Shown here piece by piece: positions 57,327 through 64,000 of a stretch of DNA of 64,000 bases. The position numbers were made by a program, and so were the translations under genes. Each line of letters begins with the position of its first letter. The first letter of the stretch is position 1. Below the pieces are notes generated by a model. It was given only the letters and a program-made list of their open reading frames with translations, was not told the origin of the DNA and made no database searches. The stretch comes from a virus (lineage: Duplodnaviria; Caudoviricetes). The stretch lies in the IMG/VR virus record IMGVR_UViG_3300037067_007633, positions 64,001 to 128,000 of that record. One strand, written 5' to 3'.

Positions 57327-58393
57327 GTCCATAATTTTAGGTGGTCCTCCTTTCCAGCTACTAATGCTGCTAAAAATTTATAATATTGCATATCTAAATT
57401 TTTCCTTGATTGATTGACAGTTTTATGAACCCATTGTAGATTGTTTTCAACATATTCTAAATTATTATCTATGCGATCTAATGATGCTGTATTTATACAT
57501 TTTATATATTCTTGAGAATTGTTTGGTAATATAATTTTTTGTCCTGTTATAGCACAACACCCATTTTGTTTTATAAATAATTCTAAAGCATATTCTTTAT
57601 CAATTTCAAAATTAATTTTCCGTTTTTTAGCATTATATATAATATCTTTCCAAAAACTTTTATATATAATTAAATTATTGGTGTTAACACTATTTTGTTC
57701 TATTAGCGGATTTTGTATTAATTTACATAAATTGATAAAATCTTTTATTGATAATGAAGCTTTTATTTTGTTTATATCTTTATGTAACCACTGAACATTA
57801 TCTAAAGAATATCCTAAAGAACTATCTTTTCTATCTAATGAAGCTGTTTTAAAATTTTGTTCTAATGATATTGGTAAATCACTTAAAGCACATTCATTAT
57901 TTTGTTTTTCAAATAAATCCCAAGCTTCCTTTATAGTAATATTAAAATTTATATTTCTATTTTTAGCACAACATTTTATACTAGACCATAAATTTCCACT
58001 TATACCACCGTGCCCCTTCCATAAATGATTTTCTATGCCGTATTTATATGTACATTTACCACAAGATTTTACATTACCATTTTTTAATAAAGATACATGA
58101 ACATTTCTTTTTTTGCCACATTCACATTCACACTCCCAAATTGTTGTACCATTTTTACTTTTACCAACTTTTTTTATTACAGTAAGTTTATTAAATTTTT
58201 GTCCAGCGACATCTAAAGCAGAACCAAAATCTATTCTAGGTATATTATATTTATCTATGTAATTATATATAGTGTGTACAGTAGCACCAACCATTTTAGC
58301 AATATAATATGGTCCCTTTTTATTTTTAGTATATTCTTCTTCTAAAAATTCTTTAGTTAATATTTTATCAAACTTCATTTGATTAATCTCCAT
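57323..58393 (-). CDS. HNH-like homing endonuclease with HTH, zinc module and two tandem nuclease domains
   Basis: WECECECG...VKSCGKC; two copies of KQN..CA...TASLDR.D....Y...N.QW.HK..N; probable start ATG 58378 with GGAG SD. Confidence 0.8.
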   Translation of the reverse strand: MEINQMKFDKILTKEFLEEEYTKNKKGPYYIAKMVGATVHTIYNYIDKYNIPRIDFGSALDVAGQKFNKLTVIKKVGKSKNGTTIWECECECGKKRNVHVSLLKNGNVKSCGKCTYKYGIENHLWKGHGGISGNLWSSIKCCAKNRNINFNITIKEAWDLFEKQNNECALSDLPISLEQNFKTASLDRKDSSLGYSLDNVQWLHKDINKIKASLSIKDFINLCKLIQNPLIEQNSVNTNNLIIYKSFWKDIIYNAKKRKINFEIDKEYALELFIKQNGCCAITGQKIILPNNSQEYIKCINTASLDRIDNNLEYVENNLQWVHKTVNQSRKNLDMQYYKFLAALVAGKEDHLKLWT

Positions 58394-58416
58394 GATAATG
58401 TAATGGTAATATTTAC

Positions 58417-58425
58417 ATATACACC
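58417..58425 (-). promoter_or_regulatory. candidate late promoter motif GGTGTATAT upstream of the endonuclease gene
   Basis: Identical to the motif at 2408 and 21518, oriented toward the endonuclease. Confidence 0.5.
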
Positions 58426-58441
58426 ACTACATTGGCATATA

Positions 58442-58454
58442 ATTTATTCTCTAC
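58442..58454. repeat. 13-bp direct repeat, copy 2
   Basis: Exact match to 57314-57326. Confidence 0.9.
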
Positions 58455-58629
58455 AAAAATTAACTAACTTTTCAAAATCCCAAAATACTTCTGACCAACA
58501 ATCAGAAAAATTTTCCGTACATACTTCTTCCCACCAATACTTTTCTTTACAGTTTGGGCATTCTCCATATTCCCATTCTTTAGCTTCAAATTCCGTATTA
58601 CAAAAAGGGCATATAATATCTATCATCAT
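58444..58629 (-). CDS. small zinc-ribbon protein
   Basis: CPFC and CPNC. Confidence 0.65.
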   Translation of the reverse strand: MMIDIICPFCNTEFEAKEWEYGECPNCKEKYWWEEVCTENFSDCWSEVFWDFEKLVNFCRE

Positions 58630-59078
58630 ATTTTAATATATTTAGTATTTGGTTTTATATTTTTGTCGAAGACAACTATTGCTGATGGAAAAGGAGCGGG
58701 AACTTTTGATTGGGAAAATTTTAATCTCCCCTTAATAAATCTAATTTCCCCCTTAATACAATATTCGTGCCACCATTTAGTATCTACTCTAGCGGGAATT
58801 AGAAATACACAGACGGTTCCTTTTAGAGATTCTTTATATCCTTTTTGTATAAACTTCCCTATTAATCTTCCATATGGAGGATTACAAAATACTACTTTAT
58901 ATTTTGACCAATCTTGAATTAATGAGTTATCATCTTTGGTGTAAAAATTATCACATAAGTTGTTCTCTGTGGTTGCGGCTGCATCTAATTCAAAGCAAAA
59001 TTCCGCGTGTAATATGTCAAAAATATGTGGTGGAGTTTCCCATTCATTTGATTTAGAACTTAATAATGAATTATTCAT
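58626..59078 (-). CDS. phage N6-adenine DNA methyltransferase
   Basis: EWETP, LDAAA, FCNPPY, LIPARVDTKWW, GRLKF, APFPS. Confidence 0.9.
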   Translation of the reverse strand: MNNSLLSSKSNEWETPPHIFDILHAEFCFELDAAATTENNLCDNFYTKDDNSLIQDWSKYKVVFCNPPYGRLIGKFIQKGYKESLKGTVCVFLIPARVDTKWWHEYCIKGEIRFIKGRLKFSQSKVPAPFPSAIVVFDKNIKPNTKYIKI

Positions 59079-59500
59079 ATTGTTGAAACTTTTTCTGCAA
59101 CTTTAAGAACTGCTAATAATTTTTTGTCAAAATTCAAACTTCTAAACTTATATTTGTTTAAAAATTTTATAAGTAATTCTTCTGAATTTGTATAAAAATT
59201 TAGTTTATGTGGTGGTTCACCATTAATATATGATTTTCCTAATATTAAACTTTCTATAAAAGATGTTGAATTACCCATTATTGTTATATTACCTTTTGCA
59301 TAATTCGGAATTACACCAACTGGAAATATTCTGTATTTTGGAGCATTATCATAATCATATAGAGTATGAATTAATATTGTTGCATCACAATCTTTTGTCC
59401 ATTCTAAAACTTTAGATATTGTTTTATTTTCTTCTACAATATTTTTTCTTTGTTCTTTAAGTTTTAAGATTTCTTCATCAATTTCTTTAATTGTTTTCAT
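59075..59500 (-). CDS. hypothetical protein
   Basis: Coupled ORF. Confidence 0.55.
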   Translation of the reverse strand: MKTIKEIDEEILKLKEQRKNIVEENKTISKVLEWTKDCDATILIHTLYDYDNAPKYRIFPVGVIPNYAKGNITIMGNSTSFIESLILGKSYINGEPPHKLNFYTNSEELLIKFLNKYKFRSLNFDKKLLAVLKVAEKVSTI

Positions 59501-59985
59501 TTTATTGTTTCTTCCTCTATTTTTACATTAGAAAACGATTGATAATATCCGCCATACCACATTAAATACCAATCTGATTCAAAAGTGTTTTGATTATATA
59601 AATATTTTGATACTATTTTATAAGCCATTTTATCAACACCTTCTTCAGTATATTTTTCATAATTTCTATGTTGTTTCCAATGTATTAATTCGTGAGTAAT
59701 TGTATGTAAAACATATGGAATATTATCCCTAGCCGCAACAACTATGCATATTTTATGTTGTTTATTATAAGCACTTCCATGAGTAGTAAAAAATCCACCT
59801 ATAGAATATTTGCGACAATCACGAAATTTTAATAATGGATATGTATGTTTACTTAGTGTCGCAGTGTTAACAAAATATAACCCTAAATCTCCCTTAATAT
59901 TAAAATAAGATTCACAATATTTTAAAAATTTTCCTATTTTTCTTTGAAGTGTTATATCAACATATTTTTCTATATATACATTCAC
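59497..59985 (-). CDS. putative zinc metallopeptidase (HExxH)
   Basis: TITHELIHWKQ with downstream EE. Confidence 0.6.
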   Translation of the reverse strand: MNVYIEKYVDITLQRKIGKFLKYCESYFNIKGDLGLYFVNTATLSKHTYPLLKFRDCRKYSIGGFFTTHGSAYNKQHKICIVVAARDNIPYVLHTITHELIHWKQHRNYEKYTEEGVDKMAYKIVSKYLYNQNTFESDWYLMWYGGYYQSFSNVKIEEETIK

Positions 59986-59987
59986 TT

Positions 59988-60959
59988 TTATGCCCCAGGG
60001 TTTTGATAATAACTTACACTATGACCTGATACTGTTTCTTCTTCAATTGTTTTTTCAATACCATCTTTCTTAATTTTTTCGTGTATTCTTTTACAATCCC
60101 CACTACGGGAGTAGCTACATACGGATTTACAAAACCAATGCTTTCCCCCACCTTTCAAAGTTGGATTTTTACAACCTTTAATATCCTCAAATGTTTTCTT
60201 CAACATCAACTTGGTGTCTCCAACATCATTATTACTTAAAGGTATCGTAAACGGTCCCCCATCATTACAATAAAATATTGTTGGGAAAAACTGCTTAACG
60301 TGTGGATATAATCTCATCATAGCCATATGGTAAATTCTAAGTTGTGGATCAACCATAAATTTATCAACAGTTTTTTCTTCACCTGTTGACCAACTTATTC
60401 TTCGTCCAGTTTTCCAATCTATTCCCTCATAAATCCCCTCTCTAACTTGCGTTATTAAGTCTATGGTTCCTTTTAGTCTTAGTTGTCCTAAATCATTCTC
60501 TCCATAGTCATATTGTGCCCATCTATCTTCTACTTCAAAGTTAAACGGTGCCTCCACTTCAACAATAACCCTTTTACGAGGATCAAATAAACCATTGTTA
60601 AAGTTAAGTGTTTTGTATACCCATTCTCCAATATTTTTTAAATCCGCATTTGTAAAAACATGGTCGGATTTATCTTTATAATGTATAAAAACTTCCCCTA
60701 TAATTCTTCCTATTAATTCTGGATTGAACATTTCGGAAGCTTGTACTTTACCGCAAATATCATCATCATAAATAGATAGGTTGTTTTGTAGTGTTTTTTT
60801 GCATTGTGCGAGAATTTCTAAAACTTTATGGGTCATTGTGCCCAAAATAGCCTTGCGTCCAGTCTTTTGGGGGATGCCTAATACGTAATTAAGAGTATAT
60901 TGCATTTCGCATAAATCAAAACAATTTAAACTAGAACTACGAATATAAGTAATTTTCAT
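59988..60959 (-). CDS. PD-(D/E)XK exonuclease, AddB/Cas4-like
   Basis: SSSL...C, GTMTH, LKGTIDL, IDWKTG, QLRIY, C-terminal CxxxC...C. Confidence 0.85.
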   Translation of the reverse strand: MKITYIRSSSLNCFDLCEMQYTLNYVLGIPQKTGRKAILGTMTHKVLEILAQCKKTLQNNLSIYDDDICGKVQASEMFNPELIGRIIGEVFIHYKDKSDHVFTNADLKNIGEWVYKTLNFNNGLFDPRKRVIVEVEAPFNFEVEDRWAQYDYGENDLGQLRLKGTIDLITQVREGIYEGIDWKTGRRISWSTGEEKTVDKFMVDPQLRIYHMAMMRLYPHVKQFFPTIFYCNDGGPFTIPLSNNDVGDTKLMLKKTFEDIKGCKNPTLKGGGKHWFCKSVCSYSRSGDCKRIHEKIKKDGIEKTIEEETVSGHSVSYYQNPGA

Positions 60960-61769
60960 TTAGTTTTTGTACCATTCCCATTCTATTAATTTTTTCATAA
61001 TAGCCTCACTCTGTTCAACAATCGTCATATTAGAGTTATCAATTATGGCATCGAATTTTGTTTGATCAAAGTTTGATGGATCTAATGCTGTTTCACTAAT
61101 ATGATTATCTTCAATTGGTTTTCTTAATAATTTTATGACTTTAGCACCAATCTCTTTAGATAATAATACTTCGTTGTCGAATCTACAATCTGTAATTATA
61201 GCTAACGCTGGATTATCGTCCTTAATTTTCTTTAAAGTAGCCAAAACCCAGCAATCACTATACATTTTACGACAAATGTTTGTTCCAAAGAATTGTAATA
61301 ATTCGCGGGCAGATAAATATCCTGGTAAGTGTCCTGTTAATTTATCCGAAAATCTTGGTGGAACTTTAATTTCGGCGTCTACAATAGTAGGCATATCTTC
61401 CCACTTTAACTTCGTTAAAGAGTTTTTATCTTCATCAGACCCATAACATTGAGCATAGCTCAATCCAAACACATTAATACAAAACTTTTTAAGTTCGTCA
61501 GCATAACTATATGGTTTAATAAAAGGATATAAAGTTTCTTCGAGAAATTTTTGTTTAGTTGGAGATTGATCATCTAAATCTAAAACGCCAAATTTGTATT
61601 CAGATTCTCCTTTGTCGTTTTTAAATTCTGCTTTAACTACAATTTTTCCAAATTCATTTACATATGCATCGTAACCTAAATTACAAAGCTCATTTATGAT
61701 TAATACGTTAGCTGCGGAATTTTTTCCAGAATTTTTACGACCAGAAAATACTAATATATGATTATTCAT
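60960..61769 (-). CDS. deoxynucleoside monophosphate kinase
   Basis: SGRKNSGK, YADELK, RELLQFFGT, ITDCRFDNE, HISE. Confidence 0.88.
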   Translation of the reverse strand: MNNHILVFSGRKNSGKNSAANVLIINELCNLGYDAYVNEFGKIVVKAEFKNDKGESEYKFGVLDLDDQSPTKQKFLEETLYPFIKPYSYADELKKFCINVFGLSYAQCYGSDEDKNSLTKLKWEDMPTIVDAEIKVPPRFSDKLTGHLPGYLSARELLQFFGTNICRKMYSDCWVLATLKKIKDDNPALAIITDCRFDNEVLLSKEIGAKVIKLLRKPIEDNHISETALDPSNFDQTKFDAIIDNSNMTIVEQSEAIMKKLIEWEWYKN

Positions 61770-62316
61770 TATAAAATTTCTCCTTTAAACAACCTTTACA
61801 TACTATTTTACCATCTACTCTAAATAAGTCATAATAACTATGTTTATCACATAAATTTTCATTTTTCTTTTGTGTAGCGTAATCAATTTCTTCACCAAAA
61901 ACCCCTAATTCGGGATACCAAAAAGAAAATTCTTCTGGTAAATTAAATTCACAATAAAATCTTTCATCATATTCATATCCAGCATTCTTTGCTTTTTCTT
62001 TAATTTTTTTGGGATAATCATAACTAATTTCTATGAAATTTCCGAAGGAATGATTATTACATGTACTAACTACATAATAATCTTCTATGCGACAAATATA
62101 AGTATCAAAGTTGCACGTAGAGAAACAAACATTACTATTCGGATCTATTCCATCCACCTTGTCTTTGTCTATTTTCTCTATTAATTTATCGTCACTATCC
62201 CAACCACGGCAAGTAATCATGTGTTGTGCTAATTCAAACACGTCTTTGTATGCTGTAGTTGGTACTGTAAAACTTGTAGAAGACGAATTACTTACAAATC
62301 CTGTTCTTATTTTCAT
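61762..62316 (-). CDS. MKIRxxFVSNSSSxSF-motif protein of unknown function
   Basis: N-terminus MKIRTGFVSNSSSTSF; C-terminal CxxH...CxxC. Confidence 0.7.
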   Translation of the reverse strand: MKIRTGFVSNSSSTSFTVPTTAYKDVFELAQHMITCRGWDSDDKLIEKIDKDKVDGIDPNSNVCFSTCNFDTYICRIEDYYVVSTCNNHSFGNFIEISYDYPKKIKEKAKNAGYEYDERFYCEFNLPEEFSFWYPELGVFGEEIDYATQKKNENLCDKHSYYDLFRVDGKIVCKGCLKEKFYNE

Positions 62317-62795
62317 TTTGTAAAAACAAAAAACCTTTCATCTAAAAATTTGTTAATAGAAGGTTTAACAACATTATCCCAACTTAATCCACCTAGATCA
62401 CATCCGGGTCTAGGAAGATAAATTCTATTCCACTCTAAAGCATTAGCTATAACAATTAATTGTTTTATTGATTTTATAATTAATTGGATATCAGAAGGAT
62501 CTTTGAAGTGATACTTTGTAGGAAGACTTACCAAATTATCAAATTTGGAAAAACTATCCATAGCGTTTACTAAAACACAAGAGCTATTTTCACCATACCT
62601 ATCTTTATTCTTTTGCACTCTGTATCCCCAATCTTCTGGAATATGTGGATATTTGAGAGCAAATGTTTTTGCAATTCCTGCCCCCATTACCAAATTTCCG
62701 TTAGGTTTTATTATAGTATTTGTAGTTATACATAAAGCATCTACATGAGAAACTTCATCTAATAAATCAAAAATATCTCCTCTCAACTCGTTCAT
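62313..62795 (-). CDS. macro domain protein (ADP-ribose binding/hydrolase)
   Basis: GDIF, TTN, MGAGIA, LPTK, PRPGCDLGGLSW. Confidence 0.85.
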   Translation of the reverse strand: MNELRGDIFDLLDEVSHVDALCITTNTIIKPNGNLVMGAGIAKTFALKYPHIPEDWGYRVQKNKDRYGENSSCVLVNAMDSFSKFDNLVSLPTKYHFKDPSDIQLIIKSIKQLIVIANALEWNRIYLPRPGCDLGGLSWDNVVKPSINKFLDERFFVFTK

Positions 62796-63040
62796 TAGAA
62801 CATTATCTCCTTAAAATAATTAAATATATACTCTATTAAATCTAGAAGTAAAAAAATACAATTTAAAATTAATGAGAGTGGAGATAATAGCCATATTACC
62901 ATCATATCAGTTCTTACATCTCCAAATTGGAGTTCATAGTATGGATTATTTATTAATTGTGGCATTAATATATATTTAAGTATGAAATAATTTATAATAT
63001 ATGATATAATAATATAAATAATAAATATTGTTAAAATCAT
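62795..63040 (-). CDS. small membrane protein
   Basis: Two hydrophobic segments. Confidence 0.55.
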   Translation of the reverse strand: MILTIFIIYIIISYIINYFILKYILMPQLINNPYYELQFGDVRTDMMVIWLLSPLSLILNCIFLLLDLIEYIFNYFKEIMF

Positions 63041-63999
63041 AATAATGGTATTATCCTTTCTTTCAAATATTCTGGCGTCATATCGCCCAGATCATTATAT
63101 TTATCAAAATCTACGACCTTAATGTTATATTGTCGTTTCAATAGTTTATAAATGTTTTCATTTGCTTGTCTTCCAGCTTCGTCATTATCCATAATTAAAG
63201 TAATATAATTAATAGACAAAGTAAGAAGTAATAATCTTTGATTATCTGTTAGATTACTACCATATAAAGCTAAACAATTTGTTATCCCACATTCGACTAA
63301 ACGCCATAAATTACCCGGAGATTCTACTAAGATAACTCTTCCAGTCTTTTTTATTTCTTCTTTTGCAAACCAGTAATTATATAGGCTGTCACCTATATTA
63401 AAATTTGGGGAATGATTCCATTTGTAATATTCTCTAGCGGGACTTGGACATAATACATTATGGTTGTGAAACAACCCGCACTTTTCACACTTTTCAAAAA
63501 TACTTCTTCCCGTAAAACCTACAATAAATTTATACTCGTTATCATAAACAGGAACGACAATCCTATTCTTTTTATTATACAAGCCAACATCATATTTGTC
63601 TAGTATATCTTTAGAGTATCCTCTTTTAAAATAATATTCGGCTGGAATTTCTAATTTTTGACGTATAGAATATCTATTCCAACCGCTCGGTTTATCTTTA
63701 GGAATAACAGACAGCGAGTTATATTGTTTAAATAATTCGCGTTTTTTTAGCGTATTCTCGTCTGGAATACGAATATCATTAATGTTTTTAAATCCACAAA
63801 ATTTGCAGAGCCAATTTACAGCTTCGCCAAACCCAACGTCTTGATTTTTTTCCTTTGACAAAACTCCTCTTACAAGTCCTATTAATGTTTTTTTATATTT
63901 ATTTTCGCAATGATGCGTTCTACAATACCACAAACATTTCGGCTCACTTTCTGGATATAAATTAAATGCTGTTGAATTATCAGCACCGTCATGTATTGG
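63037..63999 (-). CDS. dnaG: DNA primase (DnaG-like), 5'-truncated by window edge
   Basis: Frame open to the edge: PIHDGADNSTAF...WYCRTHHC zinc finger, RIVVPV, VGFTGR, Toprim VESPG...MDNDEAG...DLGD. Confidence 0.85.
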   Translation of the reverse strand, partial: PIHDGADNSTAFNLYPESEPKCLWYCRTHHCENKYKKTLIGLVRGVLSKEKNQDVGFGEAVNWLCKFCGFKNINDIRIPDENTLKKRELFKQYNSLSVIPKDKPSGWNRYSIRQKLEIPAEYYFKRGYSKDILDKYDVGLYNKKNRIVVPVYDNEYKFIVGFTGRSIFEKCEKCGLFHNHNVLCPSPAREYYKWNHSPNFNIGDSLYNYWFAKEEIKKTGRVILVESPGNLWRLVECGITNCLALYGSNLTDNQRLLLLTLSINYITLIMDNDEAGRQANENIYKLLKRQYNIKVVDFDKYNDLGDMTPEYLKERIIPLL

Positions 64000-64000
64000 G

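Larger units (their letters stand above)
57314..58454 (-). mobile_element. free-standing homing-endonuclease insertion bounded by 13-bp direct repeats
   Basis: Removing one repeat plus the intervening DNA places the upstream gene stop 4 nt before the dnaE TTG start. Confidence 0.65.

Noticed and set aside
57268-58454. Self-splicing group I intron carrying the endonuclease
   Set aside because: The endonuclease lies upstream of the dnaE start, not between exons, and there is no room (11 nt and about 50 nt of flank) for a ribozyme core.
59988-60959. Cas4-like nuclease as evidence of a CRISPR system
   Set aside because: No repeat-spacer array or other cas genes seen; solo AddB/Cas4-like nucleases are usual in phage replication modules.
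987-62748. Numerous short antisense or nested ORFs in the track (e.g. 987-1358, 8002-8301, 43547-43969, 52300-52731)
   Set aside because: They lie within longer motif-bearing genes, mostly on the opposite strand, and lack motifs; treated as shadow ORFs.
1-64000. Stop-codon reassignment (alternative genetic code)
   Set aside because: Genes are long and tightly packed under code 11, and TAA, TGA and TAG all end genes at sensible junctions. The dnaE interruption changes frame, so readthrough cannot explain it.
1-64000. tRNA, rRNA or CRISPR arrays
   Set aside because: Intergenic gaps are nearly all under 100 nt and none showed a cloverleaf or repeat-spacer pattern by eye; a tRNAscan/Infernal run would be needed to be sure.

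Overview
AT-rich 64-kb segment of a large tailed-phage genome, standard genetic code, densely packed genes. Positions 1-22.2 kb (+) are a neck/tail module: putative neck proteins, tail tube, chaperone-position genes, a 1607-aa tape measure protein and large tail-tip proteins. Positions 22.2-64 kb (-) form one co-oriented block. It holds a very large sugar-modification cluster (about 10 glycosyltransferase-like genes, 3 NDP-sugar SDR enzymes, a nucleotidyltransferase, several methyltransferases, a radical SAM enzyme), three DNA methyltransferases, three free-standing endonuclease genes, counter-defence-type enzymes (MazG, RlaP-like, kinase, ATP-grasp, macro) and replication genes (SSB, DnaE split in two, DnaQ-like exonuclease, Cas4/AddB-like nuclease, dNMP kinase, primase). 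Most striking: the 5' end of dnaE is interrupted inside the PHP H-x-H motif by a 17-nt gap with the hallmarks of programmed ribosomal bypassing (ACT take-off codon, immediate TAA stop, hairpin, SD-like run, matched ACT landing codon). It lies directly downstream of an HNH-like endonuclease gene bounded by 13-bp direct repeats, resembling the T4 mobA/gene 60 cassette but in a DNA polymerase gene. All protein calls come from motifs and gene order read by eye; no database searches were run.
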